Shown: in pieces, positions 16,900 through 26,886 of the stretch
How positions within the stretch are numbered: position 1 is the stretch's first letter
Layout: every line of letters begins with the position of its first letter
From: Candidatus Saccharimonadota bacterium
Lineage (GTDB): Bacteria > Patescibacteriota > Saccharimonadia > Saccharimonadales > 2-12-FULL-41-12
NCBI GenBank assembly: GCA_022842995.1
Contig: JALHOM010000007.1
Span: 78 to 64,077, forward strand
Length of the DNA: 64,000 bases
Reading direction: 5' to 3'
Notes under the pieces: generated by a model
Told to the model about the DNA's origin: nothing
Seen by the model: the letters and a program-made list of their open reading frames with translations, nothing else
Database searches by the model: none
Program-made: the position numbers and the translations under genes

Positions 16900-17433
16900 T
16901 TAGTTGTATATTGCTTTGGCTCGTCTTTCGGGCGAAAGTGCAACAGAAGTAGAAATATCATTTCGAGTTGCGTCGGGCGAGGCAGATTCTTCATTTAGTG
17001 CATCCATCCCCTTTGTCTTTTTATCCCACGCTATGATTGATTTTTGGATTTTTTCAAGTGAGTCCTGTATGGACTTTACGGCCCACCTGAACTCGAGTTG
17101 GAAGGGGGTTTCTGCCGTCGCTGTTATATATACGGCTAGTCCTGAAACAGCCGATAGAGTAGTTGCTTTTGGCTCATAAACATTTCCGTTGTCTGCCTCA
17201 TGTATAAACAGACTAAACGAAGGAATCATCAGTGCACCAGACATAAGGGTGTGTCTGACGTCTTGTGCTTGGGATGATCTTCCTAGGCGATATTCTAGGT
17301 CGGGATTGAGGTGTGGAAGGTTTTGATAAAGCCCGTCGCGCTCGCCGGGATTATCTGTTGGCGCGACATACGCTCGTTGGTCGATGTAGCGTAGAAATTC
17401 AGCAGTTTTGCGTGGCGGTAATTGAGAGATCAT
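16900..17433 (-). CDS. Hypothetical protein
   Basis: 177 aa. A strong RBS AAGGAGG lies 6-7 nt upstream of the ATG. No motif recognised. Confidence 0.6.
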   Translation of the reverse strand: MISQLPPRKTAEFLRYIDQRAYVAPTDNPGERDGLYQNLPHLNPDLEYRLGRSSQAQDVRHTLMSGALMIPSFSLFIHEADNGNVYEPKATTLSAVSGLAVYITATAETPFQLEFRWAVKSIQDSLEKIQKSIIAWDKKTKGMDALNEESASPDATRNDISTSVALSPERRAKAIYN

Positions 17434-17460
17434 GACTGGCCTCCTTTTTAACTAGATCAA

Positions 17461-17796
17461 TTACTTATTATTCATTCTTTGCGAGATCCAGGTGGCTACG
17501 CAAGCAATTCCGAATAATGCACCTCCAGCATACATATCCTTTTGGTCATTGAATAGATGGCTGTACTCACTCTTTCGTGCTGGATTAAGTAGGCCTGCAG
17601 CGCCCAGCAATCCCGTGGTTGCAGCGACGCGTACGTAGAAGTTGCGGAGTCGCGAAAACCTGATCTCTTGTGCCTTTATTAGGTCATCGGGTAATGGGTA
17701 GGTATCGCGTGAGTTTGGGTCGATGGCAGCTTCTTGCTTTTGGAAGCATCTAGTAACATGAACAGCCCCATTTCCGCCGTCAATTGTTGTCGTCAT
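17461..17796 (-). CDS. Hypothetical small membrane protein (two hydrophobic segments)
   Basis: I chose the ATG at 17796 (MTTTIDGG...) because the track extension to 18003 runs through an AT-rich divergent promoter region. Hydrophobic stretches: VAATTGLLGAAGLL and GGALFGIACVATWI. Confidence 0.5.
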   Translation of the reverse strand: MTTTIDGGNGAVHVTRCFQKQEAAIDPNSRDTYPLPDDLIKAQEIRFSRLRNFYVRVAATTGLLGAAGLLNPARKSEYSHLFNDQKDMYAGGALFGIACVATWISQRMNNK

Positions 17797-17943
17797 ATTC
17801 GAAATAGCCTTTGCTTGAAAATTCACAAAACAATAAATAGATATTTTAGTAGAAATGTTGTAAAAATGCAATACAGAAGGGATAACGTTAAATGTTGACA
17901 AAATGTCAATGAAGTCACTCTGGAATCTTGACGATTCGCCTAG

Positions 17944-17949
17944 TATAAT
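17944..17949 (+). promoter_or_regulatory. Putative -10 box TATAAT for 17961..19085 (short leader)
   Basis: TATAAT at 17944-17949. The ATG at 17961 follows after 11 nt. Confidence 0.3.
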
Positions 17950-17960
17950 GGCTTTATAGG

Positions 17961-19085
17961 ATGGAAAGCCCTGAATCTGAGCGCAGGCATCAGCAACAGC
18001 CAACTGAATGGACGATTGGTGGAAGACTCTTTATTGTTAGGGATCCAGAGGCGGTTTTTGATAGTGCTGATTATGAAAGCACTAAACACTTACTTGAAAT
18101 TAGTTTTCTTGAAGGTTCTGCGGTTAGCCGTATCGGAATAAAATCTCATTATTCTCGCGTTGACGCCATTAAGAGGCAGTTTGTTGTTTCTTGCAATTTA
18201 GAACTCGATGGCAGAGTTGTAGATATTGATGGGTTTCAGAGTGAAATAGCCAATCCCATCTGGTCCCCTCCTAAATCTTCTGGGCTAGAAATTGTTCGCA
18301 GAGTACCAACATCCGCTGAGAATAAATATGTATTGGAGCTATCTGATTCACGGCAATTATTGCTTGAATTTGTGAAGGTTCGGCACCAGCTGAGAGTTAG
18401 AATTACAAACGACCTTTCGCAAATACGAAAAAATGCAGAAGATGGGCATGCGACGCCTATCGAATCATGGAATATGGATCCACGTTCAGAACTGGTAGAT
18501 ACTTTAACCGCAGTTTCGGCGATTATGGATATGGTCACCGAGACCCCAGGCAGGCTATTACAGGCGAGGTCCTCTTTGGGTGCTGAACAGTTGCAAGAAT
18601 GGTGTCTTAACCCTACCGAGGATGATCTGAAGCACTATACTCTTATGCCATTAATTGTCGAGAATGCTCCGCCATCTATTAGCGTCAAGGCATTTTTAAA
18701 TTGGATGCAGGCTGTATTGCCTGAAAAACCTCAGAATAGTCCTGATGTTATCGAAAGTGCCGTAGACCAAATTGTTTCGGGCCAACAAGAATCAGATGCG
18801 CTAAATTTCCCTGACTTTGAAGCACGAAGGAAAATAATTTGTTCTTTATTAGCTGCCATGAGCATAGATTATTGGGTTGGCAAGCGACAGTTTTATCCAG
18901 TACTTGATTCTCAAGGGGGCTTTTTGGACAGGTTGTCGGCAGAAACCCACAATCTTGTTACTCAAGAAGTAGTTAAGGCACTTGTGAGTGCTGTTCCTGG
19001 GACTTCAGCGCATTATGACCGTTTGTTGTTGACGGATATACTTCACAGTATTGAAAAAGTCAGGAAAGAGGCGAACGGTTCGTAG
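17961..19085 (+). CDS. Hypothetical protein
   Basis: A 374-aa ORF with no recognisable motif. It is divergent from the 17461/16900 gene pair. Confidence 0.6.
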   Translation: MESPESERRHQQQPTEWTIGGRLFIVRDPEAVFDSADYESTKHLLEISFLEGSAVSRIGIKSHYSRVDAIKRQFVVSCNLELDGRVVDIDGFQSEIANPIWSPPKSSGLEIVRRVPTSAENKYVLELSDSRQLLLEFVKVRHQLRVRITNDLSQIRKNAEDGHATPIESWNMDPRSELVDTLTAVSAIMDMVTETPGRLLQARSSLGAEQLQEWCLNPTEDDLKHYTLMPLIVENAPPSISVKAFLNWMQAVLPEKPQNSPDVIESAVDQIVSGQQESDALNFPDFEARRKIICSLLAAMSIDYWVGKRQFYPVLDSQGGFLDRLSAETHNLVTQEVVKALVSAVPGTSAHYDRLLLTDILHSIEKVRKEANGS

Positions 19086-19157
19086 AACTTTTTTAATCCT
19101 TCCCCCGCAATTCCCTGAACGTAAGCTCGTGGAGATTCATTTTGGCCTTAAGAATGG

Positions 19158-19187
19158 TTGCCACTATGCCAACAGAGGTGATATACT
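19158..19187 (+). promoter_or_regulatory. Putative sigma70-type promoter of the atp operon (TTGCCA-18-TATACT)
   Basis: TTGCCA at 19158-19163 and TATACT at 19182-19187. The first ATG of the operon (19198) begins 10 nt after the -10 box. Confidence 0.4.
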
Positions 19188-19197
19188 ATTATCAAAG

Positions 19198-19443
19198 ATG
19201 AGTGCTGTCGTAATGAAAAAGACGGATAATGAGAAAGTGCAGAAAGCCAAGGTCGCCTTTATTATGGGTGTCATGGATCTCTCGTGGAAATTGGCTGTGC
19301 TTTTTCTAACCCCAGTTATTATTGGATTTGGCTATGATACTGCTCGTGGAAGTGACCGGGGCGTATTGATCGGTTCGATCATGGGTCTACTTTTGGCGGT
19401 AATGTATATTTTCAAGATGGGTCTGGAGGCAAATAAGAAATGA
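19198..19443 (+). CDS. AtpZ/AtpI-like small membrane protein
   Basis: 81 aa counted from the ATG at 19198, with two TM helices (LAVLFLTPVIIGFGY and LIGSIMGLLLAVMYIF). It lies immediately upstream of atpB and overlaps it by 4 nt. Confidence 0.5.
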   Translation: MSAVVMKKTDNEKVQKAKVAFIMGVMDLSWKLAVLFLTPVIIGFGYDTARGSDRGVLIGSIMGLLLAVMYIFKMGLEANKK

Positions 19444-20225
19444 ATATCTTCCGATTCGCCGCTGAAGACGGACCGCATATTGCCATAGCTCCGGAGTACC
19501 TGTTTAGTATCGGCGGAGTAGATATCACTAACTCAATACTCTATGGGTGGATAAGTGCTGTTTTACTGCTGGGACTATTTTTTTATTTACGAAAAAGTAT
19601 CACAATTCAGGGCAGTAAAGGTGTGGCACGGGTTTTCGATGCTTTGAGCGAATTCATCATTGGGCTTATGGCATCTAGCCTCGGCTCCAGGGAAAAAGCT
19701 TTGAGATATGCACCACTATTTGTTACGACATTTTTCTTTATTGTATTTAACAACTGGATGGGTCTCTTGCCGGGGGTTGGTCCAGCGCTAGAGTATAACG
19801 GAACGCCCCTACTCCGACCTTATACGGCTGATCTTAATGCAACCTTGGCGATGGCGTTCGTCATGATAATTATCGTTCAAACGCTTGCAATCCGAGAATC
19901 TGGAATAGCAAAACACATCGGACATTATTTTCAAGGCAGCATGAAAAACCCCATGACCTACGCTATTGGTGGTTTAGAGATGTTCGGAGAATTAACGAGA
20001 ATCGCTAGCTTGGCACTCCGGTTATTTTTGAATATTGTGATTGGAAAGATATTGATCTCGATATTTTCGTACCTGGGTAGTAGTGCCGCCCCGTTGACGG
20101 CCTTGCCATTTACCTTGATGGAGTTATTTATCGGCCTCTTGCAGGCGTATATATTCGTCGTGCTTTGTATTTCCTATCTGGCGGTGGCTACTTCGCATAA
20201 TCATAATCATGAGGAGCACGCCTAG
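19440..20225 (+). CDS. atpB: F0F1 ATP synthase subunit a
   Basis: A 261-aa polytopic membrane protein with the conserved LALRLFLNI (essential Arg) region. It sits in the atp operon position. Confidence 0.9.
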   Translation: MNIFRFAAEDGPHIAIAPEYLFSIGGVDITNSILYGWISAVLLLGLFFYLRKSITIQGSKGVARVFDALSEFIIGLMASSLGSREKALRYAPLFVTTFFFIVFNNWMGLLPGVGPALEYNGTPLLRPYTADLNATLAMAFVMIIIVQTLAIRESGIAKHIGHYFQGSMKNPMTYAIGGLEMFGELTRIASLALRLFLNIVIGKILISIFSYLGSSAAPLTALPFTLMELFIGLLQAYIFVVLCISYLAVATSHNHNHEEHA

Positions 20226-20309
20226 CGAAGGACAAATGTAGGGTTATATATAATTGGCATGTTTGCCATAAATATGTCACAATAATTTAAACGATTTAAG
20301 GAGAAGAAT

Positions 20310-20540
20310 ATGGAATTATTTGCAGAAGCTACTAACCTCGTGCCACTTGCTAAGGGTATCGCGCTTGGATTTGGTGTTATGGGTCCGGCAATTGCTATTG
20401 GTATGATCGGTACCGCATTTATGAATGGCGTTAGCCGAAACCCGGAAAGTTCAAAGTTCTTGGGACAGATTTTGGTGTTTGTTTCTTTGGCTGAGCTTTT
20501 CGGATTGATTGCATTTGCGTCTATTTTCATCATCAAATAA
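20310..20540 (+). CDS. atpE: F0F1 ATP synthase subunit c
   Basis: A 76-aa hairpin proteolipid with a GxGxGxG-like GFGVMGPAIAIGMIG and the carboxylate helix FVSLAELFGLIAF. An AAGGAG RBS is present. Confidence 0.9.
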   Translation: MELFAEATNLVPLAKGIALGFGVMGPAIAIGMIGTAFMNGVSRNPESSKFLGQILVFVSLAELFGLIAFASIFIIK

Positions 20541-20569
20541 ATTGGAATATTACCAGAAATGCACATTTT

Positions 20570-20640
20570 GAGCGAAAATCTCCGAGTCGTACTCACCGTA
20601 CATAATGTACGGCTCGTTTACGATTCTCGATTTTCATCTC
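20570..20640 (+). promoter_or_regulatory. 71-nt extended imperfect hairpin between atpE and atpF
   Basis: Three stem segments: apical CCGTACA/TGTACGG (20596-20612); middle GAGTCGTA/TACGATTC (20584-91 with 20619-26); basal GAGCGAAAATC/GATTTTCATCTC. A small TTCGC-TCA-GCGAA hairpin follows at 20665-20677. Confidence 0.6.
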
Positions 20641-20702
20641 AAACTGCCCTATTTCAGATAAATATTCGCTCAGCGAAGATTGAGAGAGGAATATAATCAA
20701 GT

Positions 20703-21245
20703 ATGAATTTTGATAGTTTGATGATTTTCGCTGCCGAGGGCGGCCAGGAGGCTGAGGGGATTTCAGCTCTGGGACTCAGTGGTGAATACCTCATTGTTCA
20801 GTTGATAACTTGGCTCTTGGTATTTTTTGTAGGAGCAAGGTTTGTTTTTAAACCAATCGCACGTATTTTACGCGAGCGACAAGAAGCGATCGATGAAGGT
20901 CTGCGACTGACAACAGAGATGGTTACCGAGAAAGATAAGCTAGAAGCTGAAGTCGAAAAAACCCTGAAGAAGGCCCGAAAAGAGGCTAACGAAATATTGA
21001 GTAAGACTCATGAACAGGCCTCGACCATAATCAAGGAAGCCGAAGAGACTGCTCAAGTTAAAGTTGAGGCTATGATCATCGATGCTCGAAAGCGCATCGA
21101 CGAAGATTCTGCTCGCGCTCGTCGGGCACTTGAAAAAGAAGTAGTAAGTCTCGTTGTTGAGGCGACCGAGACTGTGCTAGAGGAAAAAATGGACGCCAGT
21201 AAAGACGCGGGATTGATCGCAAGAGCAATAAAGGCTAAGGCGTAA
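20703..21245 (+). CDS. atpF: F0F1 ATP synthase subunit b
   Basis: 180 aa with one N-terminal TM helix followed by a long charged helix (EAE...KKARKEANEIL). Operon position fits. Confidence 0.85.
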   Translation: MNFDSLMIFAAEGGQEAEGISALGLSGEYLIVQLITWLLVFFVGARFVFKPIARILRERQEAIDEGLRLTTEMVTEKDKLEAEVEKTLKKARKEANEILSKTHEQASTIIKEAEETAQVKVEAMIIDARKRIDEDSARARRALEKEVVSLVVEATETVLEEKMDASKDAGLIARAIKAKA

Positions 21246-21258
21246 GGGTGACAGTATA

Positions 21259-21648
21259 ATGGCAGTTAAGATTTCACGAAAGGCACTCGCTAAATATCTG
21301 GTCGAGAATAGTACTTCCGACACTCTAGCATCTGAAGTGGCTGCTCTTTTGATTGATTCTAATCAAACTGCCGAACTTGATTCGTTGATGCGCGACCTCA
21401 ACGCGATGCGCAGCCAGGTGCTGGGTATTGTTGAGGTCACGGCGCGATCTGCTTTTTCGTTAGATCAGCAGGCCAAGAATGAAATCGAGCAATTGGCGCG
21501 CAAGTTGTTTCCTTCCTTTAAAGAGTTAATAATCCACGAAGAACATGACAAGACGGTTATTGGTGGAGTAAATCTGAATTTCCCGGGGATGAACGTTGAC
21601 CTTACTTTGAGAAGAAAATTGAATAAATTGAAAGAATTGGCTACCTAA
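21259..21648 (+). CDS. atpH: F0F1 ATP synthase subunit delta (short, 129 aa)
   Basis: The C-terminal OSCP-like segment [28 protein letters not shown] is present. The gene lies between atpF and atpA. Confidence 0.7.
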   Translation: MAVKISRKALAKYLVENSTSDTLASEVAALLIDSNQTAELDSLMRDLNAMRSQVLGIVEVTARSAFSLDQQAKNEIEQLARKLFPSFKELIIHEEHDKTVIGGVNLNFPGMNVDLTLRRKLNKLKELAT

Positions 21649-21682
21649 AGTTACCAATATATACCGAGAAAGAGGAGTAATA

Positions 21683-23212
21683 ATGAGCGAAATTAATATC
21701 AAAGAACTCTCTGGTGACATCCGACGTGCGATTGCAGAGTTAAAGGCGCAACCCGACATTCAGAATGTTGGCGTTGTTACTCGTGTTGGTGATGGCGTTG
21801 CTTGGATCTATGGCCTACGAGAGGCGGGATTTAACGAAGTTGTCGCTATCGAAAATTCTGACGGCTCTTCAACAAATGCATTTGCTCTTAACCTCGGTGA
21901 AAATGAGATCGGTGCTGTTGTTTTAGGTAGTGACCTTGGTATTAAAGCCGGTGCACGTGTAACATTAACCGGTAAAGCGCTCGAAGTTCCGGTTGGTCCT
22001 GAGCTTCTTGGTCGGGTTATTGACCCTCTCGGCAACCCTTTAGACGGTAAAGGTCCCATCAAGTCCAAGCTAACTGGCCCGATTGAAAACACTGCCCCCG
22101 GTGTACTCGCTCGTAAAAGTGTGCATGAGCCACTTATGACCGGTATTACTGCCATCGACGCTTTGGTGCCTATTGGTCGTGGCCAGCGTGAGTTGATTAT
22201 TGGCGACCGCCAAACCGGAAAGACGGCTGTTGCCCTGGATACAATGATCAACCAGCATCGTCAGAAGACCGGTGTTGTAAATATTTACGTAGCTATTGGT
22301 CAAAAAGCGAGCAAGGTGGCTCGTTTGATCGACCGACTAAAACGAGAAGGCGTTATGGAGCAGACCGTCGTTGTGTCTACCTCTGCTGCTGATGCTGCTT
22401 CTTTGCAGTACCTCGCGCCGTATGCCGGTGCAGCGATCGGCGAATATTTCCGCGACAATAAAGGCCATGCCTTGATTATTTATGACGACCTTTCAAAGCA
22501 CGCTAATTCATATCGTCAGATGAGCTTGTTGCTTCGTCGTCCACCGGGCCGCGAAGCCTATCCTGGTGATGTCTTTTATCTTCATTCACGACTTCTTGAA
22601 CGAGCGGCTAAATTAAGCGACAAGTTGGGTGGCGGTAGCTTAACTGCATTGCCAATCATTGAAACGCAGGCTGGTGATATTTCAGCATATATCCCAACTA
22701 ACGTTATTTCTATCACCGATGGTCAGATCTTCCTTGAAACGAACTTGTTTTACCAGGGTATTCGTCCAGCTATCTCTGTTGGTACTTCGGTATCGCGTGT
22801 TGGTGGTAGTGCCCAGACGAAGGCTGTAAAAGCTGCTTCTGGTGGTTTGAAGCTTAGTCTTGCGCAGTTCCGTGAACTCGCCGCGTTTGCGCAGTTCTCT
22901 ACTGACCTTGATGCCGATACTAAGCAGCGTATTGAACGAGGTCGTCGCTTGACCGAACTTTTGAAGCAACCGCAGTATTCACCGCTATCTGTATGGGAGC
23001 AGACTTCCCTTTTGCTAGCTGCTAACGCCGGAGCATTTGACGAGGTTGAAGTTTCTCAGGTGCAGGCAGCTTCTCGGGCAATGCTGGACGAACTGAAACG
23101 CTCAAGTAAAAAAGAGATGGATAAGCTAAACGAGGGCGATAAGCCAGACGAAAAGACGTCCGAATTGATCATTAAAACAGCCAAAAAAGTCGCCAAGGAC
23201 TTTAAGAAGTAG
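21683..23212 (+). CDS. atpA: F0F1 ATP synthase subunit alpha
   Basis: 509 aa with P-loop GDRQTGKT and [12 protein letters not shown]. Confidence 0.97.
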   Translation: MSEINIKELSGDIRRAIAELKAQPDIQNVGVVTRVGDGVAWIYGLREAGFNEVVAIENSDGSSTNAFALNLGENEIGAVVLGSDLGIKAGARVTLTGKALEVPVGPELLGRVIDPLGNPLDGKGPIKSKLTGPIENTAPGVLARKSVHEPLMTGITAIDALVPIGRGQRELIIGDRQTGKTAVALDTMINQHRQKTGVVNIYVAIGQKASKVARLIDRLKREGVMEQTVVVSTSAADAASLQYLAPYAGAAIGEYFRDNKGHALIIYDDLSKHANSYRQMSLLLRRPPGREAYPGDVFYLHSRLLERAAKLSDKLGGGSLTALPIIETQAGDISAYIPTNVISITDGQIFLETNLFYQGIRPAISVGTSVSRVGGSAQTKAVKAASGGLKLSLAQFRELAAFAQFSTDLDADTKQRIERGRRLTELLKQPQYSPLSVWEQTSLLLAANAGAFDEVEVSQVQAASRAMLDELKRSSKKEMDKLNEGDKPDEKTSELIIKTAKKVAKDFKK

Positions 23213-23230
23213 TCGTCGAGAGGATTAATT

Positions 23231-24100
23231 GTGGCAAATACAACCGCGTTAAAGCGCAGAATCGGTTCAGTCAAGAACACTCGCCAGATTACGAAGGCGA
23301 TGGAGCTTGTGGCTGCTTCAAAAATGAAGAAAGCCCAAGACCAGGCTGTTCATGCTCGAGCTTACCGGATGGCTGCACATGAGTTGTTGCGTAAACTCGG
23401 CAGTGTTAGTGATGTCGAGAATCATCCTCTGTTTCTGAATCGAAAAATTAACCAACATTTAATCTTGGTCATAACGAGCGATATCGGTTTGGCAGGAGCT
23501 TATGATGCGAATGCCCTTAAGCAGCTCACCAAGGTCTTGAAGGTCGATGTTGAGAATAAGGTCAAGTCGCAGGTTGTCGGCATCGGTAAAAAAGCTTCGC
23601 AGTTCGTTGGCCGTCTCGAGGGCGTGGACCTGGTTGCGGCCTACCCTATCTTTACTGGACAGCCAAAAGGCGCAGATATCCGGCCAATCGTACGAACCAT
23701 TTTGGAAAAGTATGAAACCGAAGAAGTCGATAAAGTGACCATCATTTATACTGGTTTTGTGTCGAGTATTAAGCAGGACGTCTCGACTTTGGAACTTTTG
23801 CCCGCGGCAATCAAAGAAGATAAAACGCTATCAGAACTAGAAGTGGCCATATTTGAGCCATCAATTAATGAAATTGTAGAGTCGGCAGTGGCTCGGTTGA
23901 TAGAAGTTCAGGTTTGGCAATCGATTTTGGAAAGCCTTGCAAGTGAGCACAGTTCGCGAATGTTGGCGATGAAGAATGCGACCGATAATGCGTCGGATAT
24001 TATTGATGATTTAACATTAGAATTTAACACGGCTCGTCAGGCAGCGATTACGCAAGAAATTGCCGAAATTGTCGGCGGCGCCGAGGCGGTTTCAGCTTAA
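23231..24100 (+). CDS. atpG: F0F1 ATP synthase subunit gamma
   Basis: 289 aa with a GTG start. The N-terminus reads LKRRIGSVKNTRQITKAMELVAASKM and the C-terminus NTARQAAITQEIAEIVGGAEA. Confidence 0.95.
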   Translation: MANTTALKRRIGSVKNTRQITKAMELVAASKMKKAQDQAVHARAYRMAAHELLRKLGSVSDVENHPLFLNRKINQHLILVITSDIGLAGAYDANALKQLTKVLKVDVENKVKSQVVGIGKKASQFVGRLEGVDLVAAYPIFTGQPKGADIRPIVRTILEKYETEEVDKVTIIYTGFVSSIKQDVSTLELLPAAIKEDKTLSELEVAIFEPSINEIVESAVARLIEVQVWQSILESLASEHSSRMLAMKNATDNASDIIDDLTLEFNTARQAAITQEIAEIVGGAEAVSA

Positions 24101-24118
24101 GAAGGAATGGATTTGTAG

Positions 24119-25510
<1,392 letters not shown>

Positions 25511-25664
25511 GATTTTTTAGTATGCACACTTTGAATCTAAATTTTGCAGGCCGCAGTCAACGTATTCAAGATACGTTTGCTTCGCGGGCTTCAAATTTAT
25601 CTCCAAATTGCACTATCCAAAAAATCCTATCCCAGGACACTAAGACGACAGAGGTTATTACATA

Positions 25665-26090
25665 ATGTTTCAGTTGCAGATAATTACACTCAGCGGCGTT
25701 TACCTCGATGAGGAAGTTTTTGAAGTTCAAGTGCCAACGGCGGCGGGTGCAATTGCGGTAAATGCTGACCATGCCCCGCTCGTTGGAGTTATTGAGCCGG
25801 GTATCTTAACGATTATTCGTAAAAAAGGCGACGCTCTTGAGCACCATGATCAAGTCGGTGTCTACGAAGGCACGATCGATATCTTGAACAACAGCGTTAA
25901 AGTTCTGGTTGATGATGTTGATACGCCAGACGCATACTCTGAAGAAGAAGCCAAAAAAGCCCTCGAACGTGCCAAAGAAATGACCGAAAAATCCGGCGAT
26001 GCAGTTGCACTATCCGAAGCTCAAGCCATGATGGACCGCTCCGCTGTCCGCCTGCAACTCGCCAGCCTTAAAAAACGCTCCAAGCGCTAG
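25665..26090 (+). CDS. atpC: F0F1 ATP synthase subunit epsilon
   Basis: 141 aa with an N-terminal beta-sandwich-like region (VQVPTAAGAIAVNADHAPL) and a C-terminal helical hairpin. It is the last gene of the operon. Confidence 0.85.
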   Translation: MFQLQIITLSGVYLDEEVFEVQVPTAAGAIAVNADHAPLVGVIEPGILTIIRKKGDALEHHDQVGVYEGTIDILNNSVKVLVDDVDTPDAYSEEEAKKALERAKEMTEKSGDAVALSEAQAMMDRSAVRLQLASLKKRSKR

Positions 26091-26253
26091 ACACTGACCG
26101 AAGGCCATTCATTTTCCCTCGCCGAGGAATTTCCTATTGCCTTATTGCAACACGCTAGCTTGCCTGTATATGCTAGATTCTTTGAAGCGATATTTTCTAG
26201 TTTTCAAAACAACAAAATACATAGAAAATCAAAATCATGAATTAATCCTGAAT

Positions 26254-26294
26254 TTACCCAATTTTATATGCCGATCGTCACAAAAATAGGGTAA
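26254..26294. promoter_or_regulatory. Imperfect 41-bp palindrome centred on CGATCG, copy 1 (upstream of PaaX-like gene)
   Basis: Sequence: ttacccaattttatatgccgatcgtcacaaaaatagggtaa. It shares GAATTTACCCAATTTT...CGATCGTCACAA...TAGGGTAAA with copy 2. Confidence 0.7.
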
Positions 26295-26304
26295 AATTAC
26301 CGTT

Positions 26305-26790
26305 GTGAAAGAGGTGAGAAACAAGTACAAATCGGTGACGCATTATTTACTTATGTCCCTGATTCCCTACACTCATCCGAATGTTGCACTCACCTTCCGG
26401 CCGAATCGATTTTTGAGTGATATTATTAATATTCATATCTATCGTGAGCGAACAATCAGGAATGCATACTATAGTTGCGTTCGGGAGGGACTGGTAGTGT
26501 TCGATGGTTACAACGGTCAGCCCGTGATAACCGAGAAGGGTCTGCGACTCATACATCCTTTTTGTCCAAAGGAGTTGAAGGGTTCAAAATTAATGATTGT
26601 TTTTGACATTCCCGAGGCAGAGAGATGGAAGAGGAATCAACTCAGGGTTGTTCTTCGGCAATTGAAATTTGTGCAAGTCCAAAAAAGCGTGTGGATTACT
26701 GACTATGATGTTCGTGAATATATCGAGCAGGAAGTTAAGCGACTTAAGTTGAGTAACTATATAAAAATGTTCCAAGCATTATCGATTTGA
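26305..26790 (+). CDS. PaaX-like regulator (N-terminal wHTH-like plus Cas2-like ferredoxin-fold C-domain)
   Basis: 161 aa. The block LMIVFDIPEAERWKRNQLRVVLRQLKFVQVQKSVWITDYD matches the W/R-x-V-x-FDIPE...R..LR..L...GF..LQ.SVW pattern of PaaX-C-type proteins common in CPR genomes. Confidence 0.65.
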   Translation: MKEVRNKYKSVTHYLLMSLIPYTHPNVALTFRPNRFLSDIINIHIYRERTIRNAYYSCVREGLVVFDGYNGQPVITEKGLRLIHPFCPKELKGSKLMIVFDIPEAERWKRNQLRVVLRQLKFVQVQKSVWITDYDVREYIEQEVKRLKLSNYIKMFQALSI

Positions 26791-26792
26791 AT

Positions 26793-26833
26793 TTACCCAA
26801 TTTTTTATGACGATCGTCACAATTTTAGGGTAA
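26793..26833. promoter_or_regulatory. Imperfect 41-bp palindrome centred on CGATCG, copy 2 (immediately downstream of PaaX-like gene)
   Basis: Sequence: ttacccaattttttatgacgatcgtcacaattttagggtaa. Confidence 0.7.
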
Positions 26834-26886
26834 ATTGGTGGTGTGACAATTCGAGTGTCTCCCGGGGCTTTTGGTTGATCGCAGGG

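Noticed and set aside
17797-18003. N-terminal 69-codon extension of ORF 17461..18003
   Set aside because: The extension runs through the AT-rich divergent promoter region and overlaps the start of the 17961 gene. The internal ATG at 17796 gives a more plausible gene.
21808-22303. Antisense ORFs inside atpA, and similar ones inside atpD (24335..24750), hsdM (4782..5155), cyoB (57365..59205), NDH-2 (52159..53218) and the F420-reductase-like gene (51354..51784)
   Set aside because: Each is fully nested in, or opposite to, a strongly supported conserved gene. Their composition is low-complexity or biased, and they lack an RBS.
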